64,000 nt of DNA from Planctomycetota bacterium (GTDB lineage Bacteria > Planctomycetota > UBA1135 > UBA2386). How positions within the stretch are numbered: the first letter of the stretch is position 1; each line of letters begins with the position of its first letter. Positions 1 through 9,988 of the stretch are shown piece by piece. The notes under the pieces are model-generated. The model searched no databases and had not been told where the DNA came from. It saw nothing but the letters and a program-made list of their open reading frames with translations. The DNA is taken from positions 2,848,001 through 2,912,000 of the forward strand of contig OZ245006.1 of the NCBI GenBank assembly GCA_965223545.1. The letters are read 5' to 3'. Both the position numbers and the translations under genes were made by a program.

Positions 1-474
1 TCATGGCTGGCGGCGCTGGCGGCGCCCGCCGCTTCGGTGAACTTCCGTCCACTCGATGAACTGGTGCGAGAGGCTGGCGATCGCCTCGCCGATGCCGAGG
101 GTCATGGCCTCGAGAAGCTCGTCGGGACCTTGTATCAGGAACGCAGTCGCAAGGGGCTTTCTGGCTTCCGGCTGACCCAACGAGTGCGCGGATTCTGGGA
201 CCGTGGGCAAACCGAAATCGACCTGGTAGCCCTCAACGAGGACGAGCGCATCGTCCGGTTGGGGACGTGCAAACGCTCCGCCCACCGACTCGCCCCCGAC
301 CTTGCCACGTTCGACGGACACGTCAGCCGGTTCGTGCAAGCGGCGTCTCGCATCCGGGGGTGGCGCATCGAGAAGGTCGCCATCGCGACTCGGCACATTC
401 CTGAGACCCGGCGGGCTGTGCAGCGGGCCGGCTACCTCGCCCAAGACCTCGACGACCTGACGGAGGACCTGTGA
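1..474 (+). CDS. 5'-truncated ATP-binding protein, C-terminal DUF234 / PD-(D/E)XK-like domain (archaeal-type ATPase family)
   Basis: Frame open from base 1; motif GFWDRGQTEIDLVAL...GTCK is typical of the DUF234 C-terminus. Confidence 0.7.
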   Translation, partial: SWLAALAAPAASVNFRPLDELVREAGDRLADAEGHGLEKLVGTLYQERSRKGLSGFRLTQRVRGFWDRGQTEIDLVALNEDERIVRLGTCKRSAHRLAPDLATFDGHVSRFVQAASRIRGWRIEKVAIATRHIPETRRAVQRAGYLAQDLDDLTEDL

Positions 475-544
475 GGGAGCTCCCGACCCGGCATCGAGAA
501 AGCACCGTGACGCAAACGACAACGGCAATACAGTCGCGGCCCGC

Positions 545-1333
545 ATGACCTCGCCCGCACCGCGCGATCCAGCCGAATGGGCCGCCTTGCTCCGCACCAA
601 TTGGGAGAAGCGCGCCCGGTCCCCGTCCCGCGACTTCTACGTCGCGTCGTGTCCGGGATGGAACGACGCGCAACGATGGGAGCAGCAGGCCGAGAGCGAC
701 GCCGACTTTTTTCTCACCGGCCTGGACGACGCTTTCCTCGCCGACGCAGAGGTGCTCGAGGTCGGCTGCGGCGTCGGGCGGCTGGCGCGGCCGCTCGCGC
801 AGCGCGTCCGCAGCTACACCGGCGTCGACATCGCGCCCGGCATGGTCGAGGAGGCGGGCCGGCGCTGCGCCGACCTCACCAATGCGCGCTTCTTCGTCAG
901 CAGCGGCGATGGCATCGCGGCCGAGGCCCGCGACCGGCGCTACCGGCTCATCGTGTTCTTCGCGGTCCTGATCCACTGCCCCAAGGCGCTGATCGCAGCC
1001 TTGGTCGGCGACGCGTTCGCCCAGCTCGACGACGGCGGACAGCTGCGCTTCAACGTGCGCGCCGACCCCGACGATCCGACCGGCATCGAAGCGCCGGCAG
1101 CGACGGTCGAGCGCGCCCACGACGAGATGGCGGAAGTGCAGGAAGCCGTGGTCACCGACGCCGAGATGGCGCTGATCGACGACCACTACTACATGGGCGA
1201 CGCCTTCCGCTACGACGAACTTCCCGGGTTCTTCGAGAGCGCGTGCGGCACGGCTGTCGACGTCGTGCTGCGCCGGTTCGACGCTGCCAACATCTACGGC
1301 TGGCTCCGAGGCCGCGACCGGCGCGACGCCTGA
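545..1333 (+). CDS. Class I SAM-dependent methyltransferase
   Basis: VLEVGCGVGRL motif I, followed by GVDIAPGM. Confidence 0.85.
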   Translation: MTSPAPRDPAEWAALLRTNWEKRARSPSRDFYVASCPGWNDAQRWEQQAESDADFFLTGLDDAFLADAEVLEVGCGVGRLARPLAQRVRSYTGVDIAPGMVEEAGRRCADLTNARFFVSSGDGIAAEARDRRYRLIVFFAVLIHCPKALIAALVGDAFAQLDDGGQLRFNVRADPDDPTGIEAPAATVERAHDEMAEVQEAVVTDAEMALIDDHYYMGDAFRYDELPGFFESACGTAVDVVLRRFDAANIYGWLRGRDRRDA

Positions 1334-1351
1334 AGCTGGATCTACCGACGC

Positions 1352-2692
1352 TCACTTGGCGCCGAGGAGCACGGTCCCGCCGGCCGACGCGCCGAGCCCC
1401 CCGATGCCCGACGGGTCGACGACCATTGCCTGAACGTGGAGCTCGGCTCCCGCCAAGGACGCCACCGACGGAATCGGCAAGGCGAGGTTCACGCTGCCCG
1501 CCCCACTGAACCACGGCACGCCGACGTCGGGGCTGACCAACAGCGCGCAGCCGGAGAAACCGAATCGCTGCATCGCCAACGGCAACGACAGCGGGCCCCA
1601 CTGTCGATTGGAGGCGCCGAGCCAGAGGACACCGGGTTGCGCCGCCGGCAGCTGCCCGAGGCGGAGTCGAAACTCCTCGCCGATCCAGGGCAACGCACGC
1701 GGGGCCGGCTGGAGCGTGGGAGTCCCCGCGGTTCCTCCGCAACCGGCGCCAAACGAGCTGTAGTTCGCCGGGTTGACCGGCAGGTACTGCATCGTCATCG
1801 CCGAGTCCGAGGTCCCCACCATCTGTCGGCGGCGCTCGTCGTAGGCCAGTCCCAGATCGCGTCCGATCGAGGATCCCGGCGACAGCACGCCGGGGACCCA
1901 GTCCCCGTCCACCCACTCCCAGACCGAGAATCGGTAGCCGGGTGGCGCGCCCGACGCCTGACCGATGATCATCCGCTGGCGCGCGGTGTCGAAGGCCATC
2001 GCGATGCCCGTGTAGGCGAGCGCGGGCCGCGTCGGCGTCAGCCGCTGAGACCAATCCACGCCATCCCACTCCCAAGTCTGACGCTCTCCGTACAGGACGG
2101 TCCGCCCGCGGCTCGGATCGTACGCCATCGCGTGGCGCGCGGTAAACGACGGCGAAGTCTGCGGGAGTCGCTTGCGCCACTGCTGGCCATCCCATTCCCA
2201 GGTGTCGGACAGGGCCATCCGCTGGCTGTCCAAGCCGCCGAACAGCACGACGCGCTGTCGCAGTGCATCGTACGCCATCGACGCGTAGCGCCGCGGTTGC
2301 GGTCCGGCCGCCGCCACCAGACTCCACGCGCTACCGTCCCACTCCCAGGTCTCGCCACTGTCCCCGTTGCCGTCGAATCCCCCGAAGAGAACGATACGGT
2401 CGCGGTGAGTGTCGGTCACCATCGCGTGCCCGTAGCGGTGGGGTCCGAACGCCACCGTCACCCACGCGCTACCATCCCACAGGTTGGTGAGATTCTGAGG
2501 ACTCCAAACCGCCATGAGGGCACGGCCGCCGTGGCGCAGCACGCGCCCCCCGACCCGATCGTAGGCCATCGCGCCTTCCAACGCCTCCGGACAGCAGGTG
2601 TAGACCGAGGTCCACGTCATCTGGGCCGAAAGCGCGGTGGTGAGCGCGCCGAGCAGAGCCGGACGCAGCACACGAAGGGGGAGGTTCGTCAT
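1352..2692 (-). CDS. Secreted Kelch-repeat beta-propeller protein with shared C-terminal domain
   Basis: Start reassigned to MTNLPLR (ATG at 2692) with signal peptide ending LSAQ; repeated AMAYD..R..VLFGG...TWEWDG. Confidence 0.85.
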   Translation of the reverse strand: MTNLPLRVLRPALLGALTTALSAQMTWTSVYTCCPEALEGAMAYDRVGGRVLRHGGRALMAVWSPQNLTNLWDGSAWVTVAFGPHRYGHAMVTDTHRDRIVLFGGFDGNGDSGETWEWDGSAWSLVAAAGPQPRRYASMAYDALRQRVVLFGGLDSQRMALSDTWEWDGQQWRKRLPQTSPSFTARHAMAYDPSRGRTVLYGERQTWEWDGVDWSQRLTPTRPALAYTGIAMAFDTARQRMIIGQASGAPPGYRFSVWEWVDGDWVPGVLSPGSSIGRDLGLAYDERRRQMVGTSDSAMTMQYLPVNPANYSSFGAGCGGTAGTPTLQPAPRALPWIGEEFRLRLGQLPAAQPGVLWLGASNRQWGPLSLPLAMQRFGFSGCALLVSPDVGVPWFSGAGSVNLALPIPSVASLAGAELHVQAMVVDPSGIGGLGASAGGTVLLGAK

Positions 2693-2845
2693 GCAATGGT
2701 CCTGGACAACGCGGCACCGGAACGCTGCGCGCTTCGAGGCGATTTTTGGGCCAAACGGCCGTGACGTCACCGGCCTGTGGCCGGTGTATCCCGCGGGCAA
2801 GCGCGATCGCTGACCCGCAAACCGTTTCCGCCCTGGAGCCAAACC

Positions 2846-3934
2846 ATGACCGTTGCCACGACCCTCTCCTCCCCCACGCCGAAGACCGAGCCTCACGCGG
2901 ACCCCGCCCGCCGCAGACCGCGCAAGCGCGGCGCCCATGCCTTCATCGCGGCAGCGCTGATGGGCCTGGGTCTTTCTTCCCCCACCGCGACACAAACTCT
3001 CGGCGACTCGAACGTGATCGCCCCAGTCCCCCTGTCGGGCTTCCCCGAGGGCATCGCCGTCCGCGGCAACAGCTTCTACGTCTCGGGACCCGCGGCGTTC
3101 GGCCTGCCGCTGGGCTCGGCCTTCGTGCACAAGTACGACAAGCAGACCGGCAACCTCGAGACCACGTTCCCCATCACTCTGACCAACCCGATGGCGGGCA
3201 TGAGCGGGGCTTCCTGCATCGCGTTCGGCCCCGATGGAGGCCTGTTCGTCGTCGAGCCCTTCGTCGGCATCCTCAAGCTGGATCTCGACCCGGCCAACAC
3301 TCAGTCGGTGTACGCGCCGTTCGCGCCGATGGGGCCGTCCCTGCTCAACGACCTCACCTTCGACGAGGACGGCAACCTCTACGTCACCGACTCCTTCGCC
3401 GCGTCGATCTACAAGGTGCCCGCGGGTGGCGGGCAGCCCGTGCTTTGGTTCAGCGACCCCGCCCTCGCCGGTCACCCCGCTCTGCCGTTCGGTGTCAACG
3501 GCATCCGCATCGACAGGAACAACCAGCACGCCTACTTCTCCGTGACGGTCGACACGTCGTGGAACGGGGTCATCTACCGCCTCCCGCTGGTGGACAGCCC
3601 CGACGCCGGCGATCTCGAGGTGTTTGCGTCGCTGGGGTTCACGGGCCCGGACGGCATTGCCTTCGGCAAGTCCGGCAACCTGTACGTCGCCGAAGCGCTG
3701 TCCAGCACGATCAAGGTGCTCGATCCCAGCGGCGCCGTCACCGCGGTCCATGCGGGACCGGCGACCAACCCCGCAGGGGGGACCATTCCCTGGGCGAACC
3801 CGGCGAACATCGCGTTCAACGACCAAGAGCGGACGCTGCTGGTGACCAACCACGCCAGCCTCGTCCCCTACGATCCGAGCCTCTTCGTCGTGTTCGACGT
3901 GTTCGTCGACGACAAGGCGTCGCCGCTGCCGTGA
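2846..3934 (+). CDS. SMP-30/gluconolactonase-like beta-propeller protein, probably exported
   Basis: GGAG RBS before ATG 2846; FPEGIAV, NDLTFDEDGNLYVTDS and GPDGIAF motifs. Confidence 0.8.
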   Translation: MTVATTLSSPTPKTEPHADPARRRPRKRGAHAFIAAALMGLGLSSPTATQTLGDSNVIAPVPLSGFPEGIAVRGNSFYVSGPAAFGLPLGSAFVHKYDKQTGNLETTFPITLTNPMAGMSGASCIAFGPDGGLFVVEPFVGILKLDLDPANTQSVYAPFAPMGPSLLNDLTFDEDGNLYVTDSFAASIYKVPAGGGQPVLWFSDPALAGHPALPFGVNGIRIDRNNQHAYFSVTVDTSWNGVIYRLPLVDSPDAGDLEVFASLGFTGPDGIAFGKSGNLYVAEALSSTIKVLDPSGAVTAVHAGPATNPAGGTIPWANPANIAFNDQERTLLVTNHASLVPYDPSLFVVFDVFVDDKASPLP

Positions 3935-4046
3935 GGTCGGCGCGCGAGCGCGATTTGCCGGCAACAACCGTGACGTTTGCTCCGGCCGGCGGGTGAAAGA
4001 GTGCCGCGCGTGAGTGCGCGGTGATGCCACTTCCCTTGGAGCAACG

Positions 4047-6317
4047 ATGAATCGCCTATAGCTTCTGGGCGGCCTGATGGCCGCCGTCCTTCCGGTCCAA
4101 GCCCAGGACTCGAGCCGGTCGCAGCCGTCGCCGGAGGCTGCCGCAGCCGAGTGGATGATCCCGCTCCACACCCAGCCCGACGACGTCGATGGCGCCGCTT
4201 ACGGCACCTGGGCTGCCGGCCCCGACTACAAGGCCTCGTTCGACGACGGCTTCACCTTCTACCCGGTGCTCGGCGAGGACTACCCCCGCAACCTCCCCCT
4301 GCGCTGGCGCACCGAGGACATCTCGGCCGGGGGTGTTTCGTTGATCGGGGCCATGCCGGCCGCGTCCCGGCACGCCGCAAACTGGCGCTACGAGCTGCGC
4401 TACGGCACTGTCACCGAGGCCTACGACATCCGCACCGACGGGGTCGAGCAGACCTTCGTCTTGCACCGAGATGCGGGCGGCCACGACGTCGTCGTCACCG
4501 GTCGCATCGACACCGAGCTGCACGGCCAACCGACATCGGCCAGAGTTCAGGCCCTGTCGTTCGCCGACGACGCGGGGCGGCCGATCGTGCGCTACGGCGA
4601 GGCCCTTGCGTTCGACGCTCTCGGTCGAACCATCCCGGTGACGACGAGCTTCGACGGCGAGCGCATCCGGTTGACCGTCGACGGGCGGTGGCTCGACAAC
4701 GCCGCTTTTCCGGTGACGATCGACCCGCTGACTTCGAGCAAACTGATCGCGGTGACGACCGCGTTCGTCAACTACCCGAACGTCGCGCGTGACACCATCA
4801 ACGACCGGCTGATGACGACCTACTCGCGCGCGAGTTCGGGCTCGGACTACGACCTCATCGGCCGTCTACTCACGGACGACTTCAACAACCTCGGCCTGGT
4901 GTTCATGGACATCACGGCCAATTGGAGCACCCGATACGCCTCGGTGGCCTACGCGCGCAGCGCGGACAAGTGGATCATCGCGTTTGGCCGCGAGAACCTG
5001 CCGGGTGCAGGAGTCCGCCTCTACTACCACGATGGCACCAGCACCGCGAGCATGAGCGGAAACACCGTGTTCGTACCGCGACCCGTTGGCTACCAAGACC
5101 AGGTGCCGAGCATCGGTGGCAACGCGACGGACTCGGCCGCGGGTCGCGCTTACCTGGCGTTCCGTCGCGACCAGGGCTCCGGCTCGCCAAACACGATGCA
5201 CTCGCGCATCTACGGCGTGCTGATCGACCCGCAGAACGAAACCCTCGGCCCCGCCAACAACCTGCGCACCAGAGCCGTCTTCACGACCTACGACGCGGAG
5301 GCGCCGTGTGTCACCCCCGACAACGGCGGCCTCGGCGCCTGGATCATCGGCTGGCAAGAGCAGGACCACACCTTCGGGCCAGGCGACGCATGGGACATCT
5401 ACATCCAGCAAGTGCGCGCGTTCGGCCAGATCGGCTTCGAGACCAAGGTGGGCGATCCTGGCGCGACCAATCGGCACAAGCTCCGACCTCAGGTGGCCGG
5501 CTCCGGCGGCAACTTTCTGCTGACGTACTTCACTCGGGACAACGTCCTGCCGTTCAGCGACCTGACCGGTGACGAGATGTTCACCCAGCGCTTCAGCTGG
5601 CCGGATTCATTCGCGAGCCCGACCTACCGCGCCCCACGCTCCTTGGTCGCAGGTCCCGGCAACGGGCTGCGCACCAACGTGACCAACCGAGCAATCGCGT
5701 TCGACGCGGACACCGAATCACACTGGGCGGTGGGCTACCGCACCGTCGCCAACGACTCCTTCGTCGCCCGACTCGGCTGGCGGGGCGGCGTCGTCGAGAG
5801 CGCGGTCGTCTACGCGGACCCCGTCGACGCCGCTGGCTCGTCCGGCCTCTGCTACAACGAAGACGCGCACGAGTTCGCGATCGTGTTCGGCACGCAGCAG
5901 TTCAACCGGCTGCAGGGCCGGCGCTTTCAGTACCAGGCGGCCGCCAACATCGTCTTCGGCCTCTCCTGTGGGCCGTTGACCATCGCCGGCGACAACCGCG
6001 GCAAGTTCGACCAACCGTTCGCCGGCTCGCAGTGGTATCAGGTCACCCTGGATGGTGTGCCCAACCAGCCCGCGGCGCTGTTCCTCGGCCTCAACCGAGG
6101 CAGCACCCCGATCGCCGGCTGCACCCTCTTGATCGACCCCGCTGTCGGGTTCACCCACGTCTTCACCGGCTTGACCAATCCGCTGGGCAAGCTCAGCGTG
6201 CCGGTCGCACTACCGAACTCGATCCTCAGCGCCGATGTCGTATGGCAGTTCTTCCAGTACGACGGCGGCACGGGGCAGACGCTGGCCTCCAACGGGCTGA
6301 TCAGCCAAGTCCGCTGA
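4047..6317 (+). CDS. Large secreted hypothetical protein with shared C-terminal domain; in-frame TAG at codon 5 (possible pseudogene)
   Basis: GGAG RBS then ATG 4047 in frame with ORF 4077-6317; reads MNRL*LLGGLMAAVLPVQAQ; YDIRTDGVEQTF...FPVTIDP N-terminal domain. Confidence 0.7.
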
Positions 6318-6350
6318 TTGCGGCACTCCAGCTGCGCGAGCGGCGACCCG

Positions 6351-7742
6351 TCAGAAGCCGATGGTGAGCCCGAGGCCGTTGCTGAACTCGAGCGGCCGCC
6401 CGGTGCCTGGGACCGCGGCCTGCGCGGCGAGGTCGGCGCCGAGGAACGCCGGGTCGGGCGGGACACCGATCGCGACGGCACCGGTACCCGCGGCGTCGGC
6501 GACGAACGACTGGATCAGCAGCGGCCCGGTCAAATCTACGTGGACCGGACAGCCGAACAGCGAGAGCGGCACGGCGAGCGGTAGACCGACGGCGACGGCG
6601 ACCGCGGTGCCCGGTGTCGCACCGTCCACCTGCAGGTCGAGCCCGGCGTAGATCAACGGAGCTGCCGCGCGCACCTGCAGTGCCCCGCAGCCGGCGCCCA
6701 GCGCCGTCACGGCCGCAGCCGGCGAGACCGGGTCCAGCCGCAACGCGTGCGGAGCAGTGCCACTGCGCGGATTGCCCGAGCCCGCGATCTGGCCCAGCTC
6801 GTTGACCGCAACGAGCTGGTCGACCTCCCAAGCGGGATCGACGATGCCGTTGGTGGCCGGCGACAGATCGACCAAGCCGCTGGCCGGCGTGTACGCGAAC
6901 GCACCGGAACGGAAGATCGTGGAGGAGCCGATGATGACGTAGTACTGCCAGTTCCCGACGATCAGACCGGCCGCGTTGCGGCCGTTGACCGTCCAACCGT
7001 TGTACTGACCGCTCAGCGTCGGGATCAGAGTCTCGGTGCCGAAGCGATCCCGCACCACGAGGGCGCGGTTGTCGGTGGTGCGGCCGGTAACCGTGCCGTC
7101 GGCCTGCAGGCTTTGCGGCCGAAACGAGAGCGGCACGAACAGGCCGGTGGCTCCCGAGGACCGCAGCCAGTAGCCATAGATGTTGCCGATCTGACCGATG
7201 GCCTCGCCGGCGTCGTTGAGGTCGCACAGGTATCCGGTCACGCCCTGCTGCACCGACTGCATGCCGGCCGCCGGGCTCCACAAGAACGGCTCACCTCCCG
7301 CCGCCAACCCGTTCGCGCTGCCCACGACTTCACCCAGATTGTTCAGACCGCAAGTCGTCCCCCCCGGACTGCTGGAGAGCGGCAGCTGGCCCAGGTCGAC
7401 GAAGCCCTGACCCGGTGTCCGCACGAACATCGAAGTGCCAGCGCTGCCCGCGACCTGGCCCGCATCGTTGATCGTGCTGGCGACGAATCGCCGCGAGTTC
7501 GGCGAGCCGAGATGACGCAGCGCGCCCGTGCGCGGATCGTGCACGTAGGAGACGCGCGGCCACTCGGCGTGCACCAACACCTCGCCGCGGGCGTTGATGT
7601 CGATCGCCGCGCTCGACGGATAGCCCGGGGACCCCAGGTCGACGACCTTGTACAGATACCCCTGCGCGACGAGCGGCGCGCCCAGGACGACTGCGCAAGT
7701 AACCGCCCGGCCGAGCGCGGGGAACGAGGGAGAAGGAATCAT
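6351..7742 (-). CDS. Secreted extracellular (HAF-like) repeat protein with shared C-terminal domain
   Basis: Signal MIPSPSFPALGRAVTCAVVLGAPLVAQ; repeats DLG...A..IN..G.V.G. Confidence 0.8.
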   Translation of the reverse strand: MIPSPSFPALGRAVTCAVVLGAPLVAQGYLYKVVDLGSPGYPSSAAIDINARGEVLVHAEWPRVSYVHDPRTGALRHLGSPNSRRFVASTINDAGQVAGSAGTSMFVRTPGQGFVDLGQLPLSSSPGGTTCGLNNLGEVVGSANGLAAGGEPFLWSPAAGMQSVQQGVTGYLCDLNDAGEAIGQIGNIYGYWLRSSGATGLFVPLSFRPQSLQADGTVTGRTTDNRALVVRDRFGTETLIPTLSGQYNGWTVNGRNAAGLIVGNWQYYVIIGSSTIFRSGAFAYTPASGLVDLSPATNGIVDPAWEVDQLVAVNELGQIAGSGNPRSGTAPHALRLDPVSPAAAVTALGAGCGALQVRAAAPLIYAGLDLQVDGATPGTAVAVAVGLPLAVPLSLFGCPVHVDLTGPLLIQSFVADAAGTGAVAIGVPPDPAFLGADLAAQAAVPGTGRPLEFSNGLGLTIGF

Positions 7743-7920
7743 GGGTAGGCCACCAGTCTTGCGGAACAGGAGATACTGACAAGCGCCGCGGCGCTCGCCT
7801 TGGCATCGCACGTGAGGCAAGGGGCGTGCCGCGGGCCCGAGGGACAAGTACTGTCCCCCCACCGAACACTCCGGCGTCCGCGCCGTGTGCGGCGCGGACG
7901 CAGCGCGGCTCGGAGTGGCT

Positions 7921-7936
7921 TGGCACGCCGGTTGCT
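7921..7936 (+). promoter_or_regulatory. Sigma54 (-24/-12) promoter
   Basis: TGGCACGCCGGTTGCT matches TGGCACG-N4-TTGCW, with GG (7922-23) and GC (7934-35) at canonical spacing. Confidence 0.7.
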
Positions 7937-7956
7937 CGGCAACGATTGCTTCTTAG

Positions 7957-9945
7957 CCCAACTTCCGCAGTTCGACGGGTCGTCACGTTGAAAAGCAACG
8001 ACTTACGTCGATTGGTTGGCACTACATCGCGGTCGAACGGAGTGGCGCGGGGACGGATAGCCTCCTGGGTAGCTGGATGCCGAGCCGGTCGAGCAGGTGC
8101 GCCTGCGCCTCGTTGGGGGTGACCACGCAGCGGACCCGGAGTTCGCGGCCGTCAGTAGTTGGCAGGAGCACGTCTGCGCTTTGGACCTGACGGAGCTCCT
8201 CGAGGATGGCGGCCGGGCTGTTGCCGAGTCCGGCCTTCTCCTGCCAGAGCTCGAGCGTTTTCCACAAGGCGTAGGCGAGGAAGCAGACGAGGATGTGCGC
8301 CCTGACCCGGTCCTCGCGTTGATGCCACACCGGGCGGATCGACAGCTCGGACTTCTGGATCCGAAACGCGGACTCAGCATCAGTGAGCTGGATGTACGTC
8401 CGCCAAAGCTCCTCATCTGTCCAACCCGTCACGTTGGACCTGAGCAGGTAGCACCCGGCGCTCTGGTCCACCCAGTTCGTGTTCTCACAAGCCTCCACGG
8501 CAAGCCCCGATGGTCGATCCGGGGCTTCGATCAACGAAACCGAGAAGCACGTGGAGGCCCGCGAGTTCTGGGCCAAGATGCGTCCGATCTGTTGATTGAC
8601 GCGGTCCCGTTCGATCGACTTCTTCGACGCCGCCAGTCGGCGTTCGAGCGACGCAAGCCTCGCGCGAATGCGTTCGGCTGCTCGCGCGACAATTGCGGCG
8701 TCCTTCTCGATGCGCGCCTGGGAGCGACACAGGATGAACGTCTCCTCCCCGTCCTCGCTCGGGCAGAGCTTGACCTCGACATCCTCACGAATGCTGCGCC
8801 AGTCTCGACGGTCGACGATCTCCTGTTCGAAGCGGCGCAGGTCCGAACGCGATGCGCCGATGACGTACCGTCGCCTTCCCTCCTTCAACCATTTCAGGTT
8901 GCGCTTGCTCACCATTCCGCGGTCCATGACCCAGATGCGATCAGCAGCACCGAATCGCCGCTCCATCGTCTCGACGATCTCGCGGACCGTCGTGACGTCA
9001 GTCCGATTGCCGTCGAACACTTCGTGCGCAAGAGGGATTCCCTGTCTGGTCACGACCAGAGCGATGCAAACCTGTTTGCAGTCAGGCCGGTGATCTCGGC
9101 TGTAGCCACGCTGCGCCTGGGGGTTGCCCAGCATGAGGCCTTCGAAGTAGGTCGAGGTCACGTCGTAGAGCAGCAAGTCGTACTGAACGTCGAACAACTC
9201 GCCGAGCCGTGCGCGGAGATGCTGCTCCAGCGCCTCTTTGTGCGGCAGGATCTGGTCGAGAGCCCGGTAGAGCCGGTCGTCGTTGACCTTGCCTTCCGGC
9301 AGGCCAAGCAGGTCGTCAAGCGCGGTCTGGCGGTACAGGACTTCAGCCAGGTGCAGCTCGCTGGAGGGCATGCACAACCGACAGATGACCATCGCTGCCG
9401 CCATCGTCGACCACGGGACATCTTCACGGCCCCGCGGCATGAGCTCCCAGAGTGCGTCGTCGAACTTCAGTGCGTGCCACAGCGCCAGGCCGACGAAAAC
9501 GTCGCCGAAGCGGCGTGTCCGGTCGAGGCTGACCTCCTTCAAGCGAATCGACTCGACCGGGTCGTCGTCTGTCACCGGTGGCTCAAACAGGCTCGGGTGC
9601 ATTCGGCGACCGGTCATCCGATCTGCCAGCGCACGAGCCCGGCGTCGCCCCTTCGCATCCAGTTTGCCCAGCTGCGCGATCACCTCCTGCCGCACTCGAC
9701 GACCGTGCCGCACCGACCGAACGAGGAGCCAGTACTCGTGGGTCTTGCCGTTCTTTCTGACCGTCTTGCGTCGCAGGTACACGTCCGCCGCCTCGCACAC
9801 AGTTGTCGTGCTCCCTGCCACACCGATCAACGGGGCGGGTTGGCACTACACGGCCGATCTGCGCCGCCGCGACGGTGGATAGCGGGCTGGCGCCGCGCCG
9901 AGGCTCCGAATTGGCCTCAAAAATCGTCGAGCTGCGGAAGTTGGG
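7957..9945 (-). mobile_element. IS1634-family insertion sequence
   Basis: 21-bp terminal IRs CCCAACTTCCGCAG(T/C)TCGACG at 7957-7977 and 9925-9945 (1 mismatch); TTAG duplicated at 7953-7956 and 9946-9949. Confidence 0.9.
8022..9782 (-). CDS. IS1634-family DDE transposase
   Basis: GTG start MYLRRKTVRKNGK with GAGG RBS; LLYDVTSTYFEG, GYSRDHRPD, VMDRGM, AESAFRIQKSELSIRPVWHQ motifs. Confidence 0.92.
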   Translation of the reverse strand: MYLRRKTVRKNGKTHEYWLLVRSVRHGRRVRQEVIAQLGKLDAKGRRRARALADRMTGRRMHPSLFEPPVTDDDPVESIRLKEVSLDRTRRFGDVFVGLALWHALKFDDALWELMPRGREDVPWSTMAAAMVICRLCMPSSELHLAEVLYRQTALDDLLGLPEGKVNDDRLYRALDQILPHKEALEQHLRARLGELFDVQYDLLLYDVTSTYFEGLMLGNPQAQRGYSRDHRPDCKQVCIALVVTRQGIPLAHEVFDGNRTDVTTVREIVETMERRFGAADRIWVMDRGMVSKRNLKWLKEGRRRYVIGASRSDLRRFEQEIVDRRDWRSIREDVEVKLCPSEDGEETFILCRSQARIEKDAAIVARAAERIRARLASLERRLAASKKSIERDRVNQQIGRILAQNSRASTCFSVSLIEAPDRPSGLAVEACENTNWVDQSAGCYLLRSNVTGWTDEELWRTYIQLTDAESAFRIQKSELSIRPVWHQREDRVRAHILVCFLAYALWKTLELWQEKAGLGNSPAAILEELRQVQSADVLLPTTDGRELRVRCVVTPNEAQAHLLDRLGIQLPRRLSVPAPLRSTAM

Positions 9946-9988
9946 TTAGCGGAGTCCTTCCCGACCGTTCCGCGAGTCCGAGAACACG

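Noticed and set aside
4059..4061. Pyrrolysine or genome-wide amber recoding
   Set aside because: TAG is used as a normal stop elsewhere in the window, and no pyl genes or suppressor tRNA are present here
1352..4171. 939-aa ORF as a single giant protein
   Set aside because: The N-terminal half is the antisense shadow of the 2846-3934 gene; the real protein starts at 2692 with a signal peptide
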